Shown here: in pieces, positions 9,084 through 19,590 of the stretch
How the letters are laid out: every line of letters begins with the position of its first letter
Position numbering within the stretch: the first letter of the stretch is position 1
Assembly (NCBI GenBank): GCA_963716725.1
Contig: CAVQUB010000013.1
Location: forward strand, 408,426-472,425
Source: an uncultured delta proteobacterium
GTDB lineage: Bacteria > Myxococcota_A > Polyangia > Polyangiales > Polyangiaceae
Reading direction: 5' to 3'
Length of the DNA stretch: 64,000 bases
The notes under the pieces: model-generated
Seen by the model: only the letters and a program-made list of their open reading frames with translations
Database searches by the model: none
What the model was told of the DNA's origin: nothing
Program-made: the position numbers and the translations under genes

Positions 9084-9857
9084 GTGTCTGAAAACGGCAA
9101 AATCAGGGTTCCTCGTCACGTTGCGATCATCATGGACGGCAACGGCCGCTGGGCTCGAGAGCGTGGGCTCGAGCGCGTCGAGGGTCACGCCGAGGGCGCG
9201 CGCGCCGTGCGCGACGCCGTCGAGACGGCCGCCCGCATCGGGGTCGAGTACCTGACGCTGTACGCTTTCAGCGTCGCCAACTGGGCTCGCCCGCGCGGCG
9301 AGGTCGAAGCACTGATGCGCCTGCTGGTCGACTTCGCCAAGAAGGAACGATCAGAGCTGCGCTCCCTGGGTATCCGCGTGAACGTCATCGGCGCTCTCGA
9401 GGATCTGCCGACCGGAACCCGGCACGCGGTCGAAGATCTGATGCACTACACCGCCGACGGCGACAAGATGACGCTGACGCTGGCGCTCTCGTACGGCGGA
9501 CGCCAGGACATCGTCGAGGCCGCCCGCGCCCTCGCGGTGCGCGCCCGCGCTGGGCTCGTGCTCCCCGAAGAGATCGACGAAAGCTTCTTCCACCGCGAGA
9601 TGACCACCCGCACCTTGCCCGACGTGGATCTGTTGATCCGTACCGGCGGAGAGAGCCGTCTGTCCGACTTCTTGCTCTACGAAGCCGCGTACGCCGAACT
9701 GGTCTTCATGCCGATCATGTGGCCCGACTTCCGGCCCACGACGCTGCTCGAATGCATCGAACAGTTCTCGAACAAAGAGCGCCGCTTCGGCCGCACCTCG
9801 GAGCAGGTCGTCCGGGGAGACGCCGCCGCCTTCGATCCGCTCGATCCAGCGGAGTGA
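9084..9857 (+). CDS. uppS: Undecaprenyl/polyprenyl diphosphate synthase (cis-prenyltransferase)
   Basis: PRHVAIIMDGNGRWA, YAFSVANWARP, DLLIRTGGESRLSDFLL, ERRFG; likely GTG start at 9084. Confidence 0.95.
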   Translation: MSENGKIRVPRHVAIIMDGNGRWARERGLERVEGHAEGARAVRDAVETAARIGVEYLTLYAFSVANWARPRGEVEALMRLLVDFAKKERSELRSLGIRVNVIGALEDLPTGTRHAVEDLMHYTADGDKMTLTLALSYGGRQDIVEAARALAVRARAGLVLPEEIDESFFHREMTTRTLPDVDLLIRTGGESRLSDFLLYEAAYAELVFMPIMWPDFRPTTLLECIEQFSNKERRFGRTSEQVVRGDAAAFDPLDPAE

Positions 9858-10033
9858 GGCGGAGGTCCGCGCCAGGCGAAGGCGACGCCGGTCGCACGTG
9901 GGGCTCGTGCCGCTCGAGTCAACGCTTTGACACCCGGCGCGGCTAGCCGCGCCAGATCTCGAACGCGGCGCTCCGCCCGATTCGCGGAAACCCCCGGGAA
10001 CTTCCCGGCGCGGGACTTGCACGCGACCGGCCC

Positions 10034-11206
10034 ATGATCCCCGAGGATACCGAGTCTCCCCGCTGCCTGCTGTGTGACACGGCGCAGACGGGCATCGTGG
10101 TGGGCGAGCGCGGTCGCTTCGGCATGCGGGTGCGCAACATCGCCTGCGAGATCTGCGGCTTGGTCTACGTGACGCCGCGCCCTAGCCACAGCGCGATGAT
10201 GGACTACTACCGGGGCACCTATCGCAAGCACTACGGCCAGGTGCGATGCGCGACGCCGTCGGGCGGTACGGCTGGCCCCGGAGAGCCCGGGTACGACGTC
10301 GCGCTCGAAGCGTGGCACAGCGTCCAAGCCGAGAACTGCATTGCCTTGGGCGAGACCCGCCCGGGCGCTCGCGTGCTCGAGGTCGGCTGTCGTCACGCGC
10401 GCACGCTCCAGCTGATGCGATCTCGACTGGACATCGTCGCCCACGGCGTGGAGCCAGGTCCCGAGGAGTCCGCGCAGGCCAGCGCCGCGGGTGTGCGGTG
10501 CTTCACCGGTACTCTGGAGGAATACGAACCCGACGCGCCCTTTGATCAGATCCAGTTGTTTCATGTCCTGGAACACTTCCACGATCCGCTGTCCCAACTC
10601 GTACGACTGCGCGGCATGCTGGCGCCGGGCGGCAAGCTCGTGATCGAGGTGCCAAACCTGTATCAACCCTACGGACTGCTGGAGGAGAACTTCTTCCAGA
10701 ACGTGCACCTGGTTTCCTTCAGTCCGAACACCCTGCCGGCCTTGTGTCGACGCGCGGGGCTCTCCCCCGTGCGAGTGCTCGACAGGGGGGCGCTCTTCGT
10801 GGTGGCCCAGCCCGATCCGCTCGCGCCCGAGGATCTGCCCGTCGCCTTCGACACGACGATGCTGCCCGATCCAACCGAGTCGGCGGAGTGGGTCGCCGAG
10901 CGCCTGGCCACCTATGCGCGCCTGGAGACGGAAAACTCCCTGATCAAGACCCAAGGCCCAAGCATGGAAGCCTTGGCGAACATCACGTCGCTGTTGGGCC
11001 GTCCCGGGCTGCCCACCCACACGGCCCACGTGGTCGCGGAGCTCTGCGAGTTCTTCATGCGACACGGTTCTGCCCGCGCGGCCTGTGTCATCGCTACCGC
11101 TGCGTCGGACGGCCCGCACGCCGCGCCGCTGCGTGACGCATTCCATCAGCTGGCCCGGGCTGCCGCCCAGGCGGTGCAGCCCGGTGCGCCGCCCTCCGCG
11201 GGCTGA
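10034..11206 (+). CDS. Class I SAM-dependent methyltransferase with N-terminal Zn-ribbon
   Basis: CLLC...CEIC, VLEVGC, FHVLEHFHDP. Confidence 0.85.
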   Translation: MIPEDTESPRCLLCDTAQTGIVVGERGRFGMRVRNIACEICGLVYVTPRPSHSAMMDYYRGTYRKHYGQVRCATPSGGTAGPGEPGYDVALEAWHSVQAENCIALGETRPGARVLEVGCRHARTLQLMRSRLDIVAHGVEPGPEESAQASAAGVRCFTGTLEEYEPDAPFDQIQLFHVLEHFHDPLSQLVRLRGMLAPGGKLVIEVPNLYQPYGLLEENFFQNVHLVSFSPNTLPALCRRAGLSPVRVLDRGALFVVAQPDPLAPEDLPVAFDTTMLPDPTESAEWVAERLATYARLETENSLIKTQGPSMEALANITSLLGRPGLPTHTAHVVAELCEFFMRHGSARAACVIATAASDGPHAAPLRDAFHQLARAAAQAVQPGAPPSAG

Positions 11207-11252
11207 TCCGAAATCGGAGCGCGCGGGCCTCGTTGAGCTGCTTCATGTAACT

Positions 11253-12401
11253 TCAGCCGTTGGCAGCGTCTGCCGGCGCGCCGCCGGTGCCCGTGCCGCC
11301 GGTGCCTGCGTCCGTGCCGCCGGTGCCTGCGTCTGTGCCGCCGGTGCCTGCGTCCGTGCCGCCGTCGTCGGGGCAGATTGCGATCCCAGCGCCCGCGTCA
11401 ACGTTAGCGGTCGGCGAACAGGCGCCCACCCGGTTAGCCTGGGTAGCGTTTGCGTTCGGCACGCAGAGGTAGCCAGGCGCGCAATGAGCGTTGCAATCGC
11501 ACAACGCCTGGCATGCGCCGATGTCGCCGGTCGTCGGAGCGGCGCCACCCAAATCGAATATCAGTGAGCAGATACCGTCAGACTTCACCCCCACCGCGGT
11601 GAACCCACAGCCGGGAGCTCCGAGCACGCACCAGTTGCTGCAAAATCGCTCCTGGGACGGGCTGATCCCGATGCAGAGACCCTTGCATTGTCCGGGCGGC
11701 GTGGCCTGGCAGGATTCTCCAAGGTCCTTGCCAGCTGCCGCCTTCGTCGTGCACAGGCCGGTATCGAGGTTGCATGTGTGCGCAGCAGGGCAATCGCTAT
11801 CCGAGCCGCAGCGTGGATCGCACATGCTGAAGGTGTCGTGGCACATGCCGTCAGCAGCGCACATTTCCCCGGCCGGACAATCATCCTTGTTCGCGCCAGT
11901 ACACGCCGCTTTGGGCGTTGACTCGAGAAGCAAGTTGCAGCCGACGTCGGGGCGGCCCTGGCACTTCTTCTGTGATTCTTCACCAATCGTACAACCCGCG
12001 AAGCACCATCCGCGGTTGCATTCCCCTTTCGGATCGTGGGCTTTGCAGTCCTCGGACACGGCGCAGGTTGCGCTGCAGTACCCGTGGGCCGGACCCTCGC
12101 CGTCAAGCTTGCCGGAGTCAGGGAGAATGCACGTGAGGCCCCCGCCGCACTCGCCATCGTTGACGCACGCTTTGGCCAGCTTGGTCGTGGCCGTGGTTCC
12201 GCCGGTTCCGCCGGTTCCGCCGGTCGCCCCGGAGCCACCGCTGCCGCCGGTCGCTCCAAAAGCACCGCTGCCGTCGGGGAGCCCGCCGCCAGTGCCGCCG
12301 CCACCGCCGCCCTCGCTGTCGTCACTGCTACACGCGAAGGAGGAACCGCTCAACGACGCTGCGATCAAACCCACACCCAACCAAGGCGATACTCTCTTCA
12401 T
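11253..12401 (-). CDS. Cys-rich myxobacterial lipoprotein with Gly/Thr linkers
   Basis: Lipobox SFAC, poly-Gly linker, many Cys repeats, C-terminal GTGGTDA repeats. Confidence 0.85.
   Translation of the reverse strand: MKRVSPWLGVGLIAASLSGSSFACSSDDSEGGGGGGTGGGLPDGSGAFGATGGSGGSGATGGTGGTGGTTATTKLAKACVNDGECGGGLTCILPDSGKLDGEGPAHGYCSATCAVSEDCKAHDPKGECNRGWCFAGCTIGEESQKKCQGRPDVGCNLLLESTPKAACTGANKDDCPAGEMCAADGMCHDTFSMCDPRCGSDSDCPAAHTCNLDTGLCTTKAAAGKDLGESCQATPPGQCKGLCIGISPSQERFCSNWCVLGAPGCGFTAVGVKSDGICSLIFDLGGAAPTTGDIGACQALCDCNAHCAPGYLCVPNANATQANRVGACSPTANVDAGAGIAICPDDGGTDAGTGGTDAGTGGTDAGTGGTGTGGAPADAANG
11293..11362. repeat. 21-bp tandem repeat (about 3 copies) encoding GTGGTDA
   Basis: gtgccgccggtgcctgcgtc(c/t) repeated. 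Confidence 0.85.
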
Positions 12402-12492
12402 GTCTTTCCCAAGCCTGCAACAACCCGCTCAGCCACCGGGCATCTAGCACGGTCCGCCGGACTCACAAGTCCTGGGCGCGCGCGAGGCACTC

Positions 12493-12534
12493 AAAAAAAG
12501 CCAACCCGATCCGACGTGAGTCAGACCGGGTTGG
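12493..12534 (-). terminator. Rho-independent terminator after the metalloprotease gene
   Basis: CCAACCCG...CGGGTTGG stem followed on the minus strand by T7. Confidence 0.8.
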
Positions 12535-12571
12535 ACTACGTTCGAACGGCGAGGGATCTGCCCGCCTGTTT

Positions 12572-15500
12572 TCAGTCGGGATCGGGGAGCGAGTTGTAGA
12601 TTCCAGCCTTCGAGTAGATCGCTGCGACGCCCCGAGCCGCGTCGAGTAGGCCCACGTAACTCTGCAATTGAGTGGGGTTGTTAGCCTTCAGATCGTTCGC
12701 GCGTTGGAGCATCCGCGACGCAACCCCTTTGTCGACGATCTTTCCGTTGATCGTGTCGTTGCCATAGAGACGCGCAACGTAGGTGAAGCCGCTGTTGGGA
12801 TCGGTGAACTTGACCAACTCCGTGTCCGGTATCGCCGCGATGAAATCCACGCCTTCAATGAAGATTTGCATCTTGTTGAGAAGCGTCGTGTCCGAGTTCA
12901 TTCGCCCGAATAGATTCGCGTTGATTACCAACCAGACCTGCTGGCGGAAGCCGATGTTGGGGAAGAGCGCCGTACTTCCTGCGGGCCGTGATGGATTGGG
13001 GACCGTCAGGTCGAGGGCTTGTATCGAACGGAACGGCAGGCCTCCATTCGGGTCCTCGATGTCGGTGTTGTCCACCCACATGCCCACGCTCGCCCAGTCC
13101 TCGGCTAGCACGCCGCCGATCAAGCGATCCACGCCATCCGCCTCATCGTCGCGGTAGTTCCGCAAGACGTTGCGTCCGTCGAGGTACGTCTCACGAGAAA
13201 TCGTGAACAACGTGGGGCGGCCATCCAGCAGAGCCCGCATGGCCATGCCGCGCTCGGCGTTGTATCCGGCGTGATCGATCCAGGACAGGTAGTCCCAGTT
13301 TCCACCCTTCTCGTTGTTGAACTCCGCAGATACGTAGCGACCGTCGCCAATTCCGACCTGAAACTCCGCCGGGAACTTCAGCGTATCGTTTGGATCCGCG
13401 TCATAGACGGCTTGGCCGCCCATGCTGGATTTCTTCATCGGTCCCGGCTCGGGAGCCAGGGCAGCGCGCGCCAAGAAATGGAAGGTCTCGAGCCGAGCCT
13501 TGTCGTACTCCGGGCCAAACGAGCGATCCTCCAAGATCCAGTGGAAGGAACGTGCGCGCTCCATGAAGCGATTCGCCGTAGACGCGGGCAGGTTCGAGTA
13601 CCGGTACGTCTTGCTGTTTCTTCGGAAGTACGTGAGCGGGTACGTCAGGTCGAACATCTTGCTGTTCCCGATCGTCACCTCGTACACGTCCGCGCCGCTG
13701 TCACTGGGGTTCGTGTGCAGGTAGCCGTTGCCATAGGTCTCGCCGTAGCGATAGTTCCATCGCTGGCGAGCTGTCTGGTCCGGGGACGCCGCTTTTCGCG
13801 ACTTCCAGGCGGTCAGGTTGACCCAGTCCGCGGGCATCGTGTTGTCGTCGGCGTTGTCGTTGATGAAGTCCTTCCAACGGAAGTGGTCCCGAGCGCTCTG
13901 GCTGCAGATCTTGCCGTGCACCACGCGCCACTCCCCCTGCGCCAGCTCTTCTGGTGTGGCGTCTCGGCAGTAGCTTGGCTTGAACACCTTGAGCTCTTCG
14001 CTCAGGTTCGTGTAGTGCGAGACGTTCGGTCCCAAGGTGCTCAGTTCGCTCAGTTGCAGACCGATGTTGAGAGCAAACTGGTCTTGGTCTGCTGCCGGAA
14101 TGCCTCCCTCTGCGTCGCTACGGTCGTTGTCGTAGGTTTCGAGTACGCCGCCGTAGACGGCCTTCATGTACATCATGTCGTAGGATCCGAAGCCAGGGGA
14201 CAGATAGTCCTGCTCGTATTCCATGACCGAGGTATTGCCGAAGTAGCCGACTCCGGGCCGTCCCTGGCTTCTACCGGCGGCGTCTCGCGGTGCGAGGCCG
14301 AGCTCGTCGTCCGTCTCCGCGTCAATGTCTCGCCGGCCGTAGCACCCCTTGGCGTCCGTCGCGCCGAACGCGCACGCAGGCTCTGAACCTTCCGCGGTAC
14401 GAAGCTGCCAGTACTGCGGCATGAAGTTCGGGGCGTCGTAGCTCGATGCGAAGTTGTGACGCATGCCGAGGCAGTGTCCCAGTTCGTGGATGGCGATGCC
14501 CTTGGCCATGCCTTTGAAGAGGTCTTCGTAGATGTAGTCGCCGCGCTGTTTCAGGAGCCCGACGTCTCGAGGCCCGCCGGCCTTGATGTCGGCGTCCATG
14601 CCCATTTCCTCGAACTTGTCGAGGTACCAACGGCTGATACCCGCGAAGTTGATACTGCCGATGCGCGGCACGTCTTCAACGAAGCAGACGCCCTTGGCCG
14701 CGAGCTTGGCGTTGATCTGTGCGCGCCAGAGCTCCATCCGGCCCGGATCGAGGTTTCGAAACGGTGATGCCGCGTCGAGGGTGGAGCCAGAAATGGGTCC
14801 GCTCGGATCGGCACCGGTCGTGCTCATTGCCCAGTCCGCGTCGACAACCATGGCTTCGTATTCAGTGCCGCGAACCTTCCCGGCCAACGCCTCCCACAGC
14901 GGTTGGGCTTGGGCCTGAAGCAGTGGATCGTAAGCGGTCTTGGTCTGAGCCTTGAGGAACGAGTGGAGCGACTGCTTCGGCATCTCCTTGAATTCGCCGG
15001 ACTTCGGTCCGCTTTGCGGCGCGGGAGCATCGATGCTCTTGCCCGCAGCCTTTTTCGCCATGTCGCTGAGGGGCGAGTAGCCGTTCTGGGCGATCTTGTT
15101 GTAGATGAACTGCGGCATCCCGTCGGTGATGTCGCTCTCTTGGAAGTCGCCAATCGCGTACTGGATGTAGTCACGGTACATCGCCGCCGCGCGGGTCGCC
15201 GAGCGCCCCATGACGGTGGCCGTCGTGCCGTGGCTTTCGCCGGTTTCGGGATCCTGACCCAAACCAGCGACCCCGCCGTAGCGAGCGTCGGAATCGTGCG
15301 GCCAGTAGTAGATGAAGTTCTTGCGCTGGTCGCCGTTTCGAGCGACCTCGCCGGTCTCACCGCAGGTCTGGTGGTCGTCGTAAGCGCGCACGGGTGCGTG
15401 ACAGGAGGTCATGGCACGCGCGGCGTCTTGAGGTTGGGGTCGTGGCGTCGCTACGCCCCAACCGCCGAAGGAGAGCATCTGCAAAACGTCTCGGCCGTCT

Positions 15501-16888
15501 GGGAGAGTCTCGAAGAACTGCGCGTGGCAGGTTGCGCGATCGGCATCAAGCGTGCGGCGACACTCGGCTTCTCGGCCGTAGGCCAAGGCAACCTTGGTCG
15601 ATTGGTCCCAAGTGTGGACCACGTCCTCCATGGGCCCGCGAACGACGGGCTGTCCGGTCGCGTCCAAGGCGCCCGCGGGGTTTCCATCGGGATTGACGGC
15701 GTCCAGGAGGATCGTAGGAGTCTCCTTGTTGAGCCAGTAGCCAACCGTCTTGATGGAGCGCTCGCGCAGCGGCATCGTGCACTTGTTGTGGTACAGGTCA
15801 CATTGGGAGCCCTTCATGCCCTGGTACGCTTCACACTGGTCGGCAGTCCCGTTTTCGTTGCCATCGAAGTCGCTCCCGCAGGGGATGTCGACGTGGCTCT
15901 TCGCCCAGAAGTTGGTCTTGACCAGGTACTGACGGAAGCACGCTTCGGTGTAAGCGTACTGGGGATCCCAGCATTGAGTGGTGCCACCTGCGAACCCGGG
16001 CTGTAGGCTGTCGCCCGCGCCGCCGAAGCTCGCGACCACGTCCATCTTGCGCTTGGTATTCTCCGTGGGTTCGTAGTCGTGGTCCGCCTTGACCTTCCAG
16101 AAGCTGTGGCGAATCACGGCTTCTTGGTTGTTGCAATCGTAGGCGGTCGAGTTCGTGAAGATCCCAACCAGCGCGCAGGTCGGGAGGGTCTGACCCCAGG
16201 GCGCGAAGTACTCTTCTTTGGGCGAGACGTAGTACTTGTTGGTGATGTCGAAGTAACCGTCCTTGACGTCGAAGTGCGGCGCATCCTCGCTGGTCGGGTC
16301 GGTCACCGTGTAGGTCAGCGGCTCGACGGTCATGTCGCCGAAGAGCTTGCCGAAGAACATCTCGCTCCACATCGGGTCGATCACCACGTTGCTCGACCAA
16401 TCCACGCGCATGAACTTCCGCTCCTGCCACGGGCGATCAGAGCTGTTCTCCGAGACCACGTTGAGCTCTTCGCCAGTTTGTGGGTTGTACTGGCGCTTCA
16501 CGTCGAAGTGGCTCGTGATCCTGAACTTCGCCACGACGACGCCGTTCGGTTCGCCGTTGGGCAGTCCGTGGTGGTCTTGGCCCTGGGCGATTTGGTACGC
16601 CTTGTGGGCAATCAGGTAGTCTTCGCTGATCTCCCACTTGATGCGATCCGTCCCGGAGTACAGCCCAACGCTCATTCCGTTCTGGCCGACGGACTGATCG
16701 ATGACAAATGCCTTGGAGAAGAAGCTGGGGTTATCCAGGTTGTCGGCCAATTTCCCGACGAAGAACGCCTTTTCTAGGGCGTTTGGTTGCACTTGGTTGA
16801 TTGGGTCGCGCTCTTCTGCACACCCAACCGCGTTCAACCCCACGAGCGAAAGGCCCATTGCAAGCCTTCTGGTCCACCTCAGGTCCAT
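12572..16888 (-). CDS. Large zinc-dependent metalloprotease lipoprotein (metzincin type)
   Basis: AAGGAG RBS, lipobox AVGC, HELGHCLGMRH (HExxHxxGxxH), Met-turn SVMEY. Confidence 0.9.
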   Translation of the reverse strand: MDLRWTRRLAMGLSLVGLNAVGCAEERDPINQVQPNALEKAFFVGKLADNLDNPSFFSKAFVIDQSVGQNGMSVGLYSGTDRIKWEISEDYLIAHKAYQIAQGQDHHGLPNGEPNGVVVAKFRITSHFDVKRQYNPQTGEELNVVSENSSDRPWQERKFMRVDWSSNVVIDPMWSEMFFGKLFGDMTVEPLTYTVTDPTSEDAPHFDVKDGYFDITNKYYVSPKEEYFAPWGQTLPTCALVGIFTNSTAYDCNNQEAVIRHSFWKVKADHDYEPTENTKRKMDVVASFGGAGDSLQPGFAGGTTQCWDPQYAYTEACFRQYLVKTNFWAKSHVDIPCGSDFDGNENGTADQCEAYQGMKGSQCDLYHNKCTMPLRERSIKTVGYWLNKETPTILLDAVNPDGNPAGALDATGQPVVRGPMEDVVHTWDQSTKVALAYGREAECRRTLDADRATCHAQFFETLPDGRDVLQMLSFGGWGVATPRPQPQDAARAMTSCHAPVRAYDDHQTCGETGEVARNGDQRKNFIYYWPHDSDARYGGVAGLGQDPETGESHGTTATVMGRSATRAAAMYRDYIQYAIGDFQESDITDGMPQFIYNKIAQNGYSPLSDMAKKAAGKSIDAPAPQSGPKSGEFKEMPKQSLHSFLKAQTKTAYDPLLQAQAQPLWEALAGKVRGTEYEAMVVDADWAMSTTGADPSGPISGSTLDAASPFRNLDPGRMELWRAQINAKLAAKGVCFVEDVPRIGSINFAGISRWYLDKFEEMGMDADIKAGGPRDVGLLKQRGDYIYEDLFKGMAKGIAIHELGHCLGMRHNFASSYDAPNFMPQYWQLRTAEGSEPACAFGATDAKGCYGRRDIDAETDDELGLAPRDAAGRSQGRPGVGYFGNTSVMEYEQDYLSPGFGSYDMMYMKAVYGGVLETYDNDRSDAEGGIPAADQDQFALNIGLQLSELSTLGPNVSHYTNLSEELKVFKPSYCRDATPEELAQGEWRVVHGKICSQSARDHFRWKDFINDNADDNTMPADWVNLTAWKSRKAASPDQTARQRWNYRYGETYGNGYLHTNPSDSGADVYEVTIGNSKMFDLTYPLTYFRRNSKTYRYSNLPASTANRFMERARSFHWILEDRSFGPEYDKARLETFHFLARAALAPEPGPMKKSSMGGQAVYDADPNDTLKFPAEFQVGIGDGRYVSAEFNNEKGGNWDYLSWIDHAGYNAERGMAMRALLDGRPTLFTISRETYLDGRNVLRNYRDDEADGVDRLIGGVLAEDWASVGMWVDNTDIEDPNGGLPFRSIQALDLTVPNPSRPAGSTALFPNIGFRQQVWLVINANLFGRMNSDTTLLNKMQIFIEGVDFIAAIPDTELVKFTDPNSGFTYVARLYGNDTINGKIVDKGVASRMLQRANDLKANNPTQLQSYVGLLDAARGVAAIYSKAGIYNSLPDPD

Positions 16889-16992
16889 GCCGTTCTCCTT
16901 AAACAAGTTGCTTTGTCATCCCGATGCCGCCGGACGGTGCGCCAAATACGCGCAATCTCCCGAGGACAGAATCCGAGCCGGCACCACCTTGG

Positions 16993-17007
16993 GCAAGAGC
17001 CGAGCCA
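16993..17007 (-). promoter_or_regulatory. Putative sigma54 (-24/-12) promoter of the metalloprotease
   Basis: Minus strand TGGCTCG-GCTC-TTGC matches TGGCACG-N4-TTGC spacing; an AT-rich tract and palindromes lie upstream. Confidence 0.6.
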
Positions 17008-17229
17008 GAACATCGCAAGGCTGTTTTCTTGCGGTTTTATGTTCTAACTCCCCCCAGGCGGGGGGGCGGCGCGGAACCTAACCGTTAGGGGACTAACTCG
17101 CAACGAGATTGTCGCACACTCATGACGCGACGCGGCACGCTTTCGAGCGTGCGCGCGGCGTGATGTACCCGCCGTGGGGGCGGAGGTGGAACGCTCTGTC
17201 AGCGGGTAGGCTGGAGGCGCAGCGAAACG

Positions 17230-17871
17230 ATGACGACGCTACAGCAAGGCCCGAACGATGAGGTCGTCGCACTCAAGCGCGAGCTGTCGCTTCACCTCAA
17301 GCTGCTTGGGGGCTTCGTCGCCGTGTTCTGGCTCGTGCACCTCGTCAGCGCCATCGGCTTTGGCGGCCGCCTGGTCGTGTACGGCATCCGGCCCCGAACG
17401 CTTTCTGGACTTTGGGGCCTGCTCACCATGCCCTTCCTCCACGGCAACCTGCCGCACCTGATCGGCAACACCGTGCCCTTCGTCGTGCTCGGCTGGCTGG
17501 TGCTGGCACGGTCCGTGGCGCGCTTCGTCCTAGTGACGCTGCTCGGCATGGGGCTCGGGGGCTTGGGCGTCTGGCTCGTGGGTGCGTCCAACTCGGTGCA
17601 CGTCGGCGCGAGCGGGCTGGTGTTCACCTATTTCGGTCACACCTTGCTCGCCGGTTGGTTCGAGCGCCGCGTCGGCAGCATCGTGCTCAGCGTGCTGGTG
17701 TTCTTCCTGTACGGCGCGTTGATCTTGGGCGTGCTGCCGGGCCAGTGCGGCGTCTCGTGGGAAGGTCACTTGTTCGGCTTCGCCGCCGGCGCAGCATCGG
17801 CGTGGCTCACCAGCGGGCGCGCGCCGGTCGGGCATAGGGCGAGGGTCCGCGCCGCGCAATCAGCTCGTTGA
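17230..17871 (+). CDS. Rhomboid family intramembrane serine protease
   Basis: PFLHGNLPHLIGN, GASG, SWEGHLFG. Confidence 0.93.
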   Translation: MTTLQQGPNDEVVALKRELSLHLKLLGGFVAVFWLVHLVSAIGFGGRLVVYGIRPRTLSGLWGLLTMPFLHGNLPHLIGNTVPFVVLGWLVLARSVARFVLVTLLGMGLGGLGVWLVGASNSVHVGASGLVFTYFGHTLLAGWFERRVGSIVLSVLVFFLYGALILGVLPGQCGVSWEGHLFGFAAGAASAWLTSGRAPVGHRARVRAAQSAR

Positions 17872-17902
17872 CGCTCATGGCCTCACGTGCGATGGGCCGC
17901 GA

Positions 17903-19573
17903 GTGGAACGAGGGTCTGGGGAGGGGTCGAGCGCTCCGAGCTCGCGCGAGACTCCGGATGCGCCGCAGGAGACCTCCGCGGCGGCGCCGAACCAGAACCC
18001 CGGCCCGTCGCTCGAAGCCTTGGCTCCGCTCGTTCTCGTGCTGGCGACGGCCCCCTGGCTCTACTTCTTTGCCAAGCACTACACCTCGCAACCGCTGTTC
18101 CGCGACCCAGGCATGTTCCAGTACGTCGGCTGGTGCCTGCGTCATGGCGAGCGCCTGTACGACACGGTATCGATGCCCGACGGGCCGTTCATCCACTTCT
18201 GGCATGCCTTCCTCCAGACGCTGGGCGGAACGACCGATCGGGCTTTTCGGACCATCGATCTGCTCGTGCACATCGTCGGCGGCGGCTTGCTCGGCGCAGC
18301 GCTCCGACCCAGGACCGGGTCGAGGCCGATCCTGGTCACGGCTGTGTGGGCGGCCTTGGGGACCTGTCTCTGGCTGACCTACATCTTCGCATTCTACTGG
18401 TCGGATTCGTCCCAGCGCGAGATGTACTACGCGTTGTTCGGGACCCTCGGCCTGGCGACGGCCTTCGCGGTCATCACCGCCGAACGACCGAGCCGGTCGA
18501 TGCTCGTGCTCGCGGGCGTGCTGTGCGCCGCGCCCGCGCTGGGCAAGCACACCGGCCTGGTCTACCCGGCACTTGCGGCGTTGTCGCTGTTCGTGGCGCG
18601 ACGGCAAGCAAAGTCCTGGCGCGACGCCTGGCGCTGGTTCTTCACGGGCGTGGGCGGGGCCGTCTTGGTTGCTCTGGTGCTGGTCGCGATCTTCGGCAGC
18701 TTGCGAGGCTTCGTCTACTGGCACTACGTGTACGCGCTCGAGGTCTACCGGTTCATCCACTCGGTTCCGCTGGATCAGGTCTTCCTCGGAATGGACCCGG
18801 CCCGAGGCTTTCCGCTCCTGGCGGTGCTCGCTACCGGCGGCGGACTGGTCGCGATTGCCACGCGGCTACTGTCCCCCGCCGCGGTGGGACTGGTGCTCGC
18901 CCCCTCGCTCCAGTTCTTGTCCGGCGTGATGCAGGGGAAGGGCTGGGGCTATCAGTTCCACCCCGCCGTCGCCGGTGCTTTTGCCGTCCTGCTGCTCGCT
19001 TTGGGACGGGTGAGCGAGTGCAAGCCTTCGGCAGCCAACCCGGTGCTGCGAGCCGGTGCGATTTGGGTCGCCTTCACGTTGACGCTGGCCTATTGCGTTC
19101 GTGAGCTCCAGCAGAGTCCGTGGCGCAAGCCAGAAGACGCAGCGAACTCCCCCGAAGTGGTCACCCGTCAGAAGGTGGCCGAGTTGCTGCGGGCCAGGAC
19201 GCCGCGCGAGGCTCGAGTGCTCTACTACGGCATCGACCCGTACACGCTCTATCTGGCGGAGCGTCGGCCCGCCATCCCGCAGCTCGTCAGCTTCATGGTC
19301 AACTTCAGCGTGCCCACCGCAAAATCGAAGACCAGTGCGGCTCAGCGCGCACGCATCGGCCAGCTGGAGCGCGCAGCTGCGGCTGACGTCTGTCAGCGCT
19401 TTCGGGCCCATGCTCCGGCCGCGATTGTCGCCGCCACCAGCCCGCCCAACACAGGCCCGGATGCGCTCCAAGATCTCGCGCAGTTCTGCCCGGAGATCGG
19501 CGTGGCATTGCGCGATCGCTACGAGCGGGTCGCCGATATCGGGGGCACCGCGGTATTTCTTGCCCGTCCGTGA
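17903..19573 (+). CDS. Polytopic membrane protein, GT-C (ArnT/PMT-like) glycosyltransferase
   Basis: About 10 TM helices, RDPGMFQY loop after TM1, soluble C-terminal domain. Confidence 0.65.
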   Translation: MERGSGEGSSAPSSRETPDAPQETSAAAPNQNPGPSLEALAPLVLVLATAPWLYFFAKHYTSQPLFRDPGMFQYVGWCLRHGERLYDTVSMPDGPFIHFWHAFLQTLGGTTDRAFRTIDLLVHIVGGGLLGAALRPRTGSRPILVTAVWAALGTCLWLTYIFAFYWSDSSQREMYYALFGTLGLATAFAVITAERPSRSMLVLAGVLCAAPALGKHTGLVYPALAALSLFVARRQAKSWRDAWRWFFTGVGGAVLVALVLVAIFGSLRGFVYWHYVYALEVYRFIHSVPLDQVFLGMDPARGFPLLAVLATGGGLVAIATRLLSPAAVGLVLAPSLQFLSGVMQGKGWGYQFHPAVAGAFAVLLLALGRVSECKPSAANPVLRAGAIWVAFTLTLAYCVRELQQSPWRKPEDAANSPEVVTRQKVAELLRARTPREARVLYYGIDPYTLYLAERRPAIPQLVSFMVNFSVPTAKSKTSAAQRARIGQLERAAAADVCQRFRAHAPAAIVAATSPPNTGPDALQDLAQFCPEIGVALRDRYERVADIGGTAVFLARP

Positions 19574-19590
19574 CCAGGGCAGCTCGAATC

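Noticed and set aside
9084..9857. uppS lacking neighbouring frr/cdsA/dxr as a novel system
   Set aside because: Relocation or paralogy of cis-prenyltransferases is common; nothing else supports a special role.
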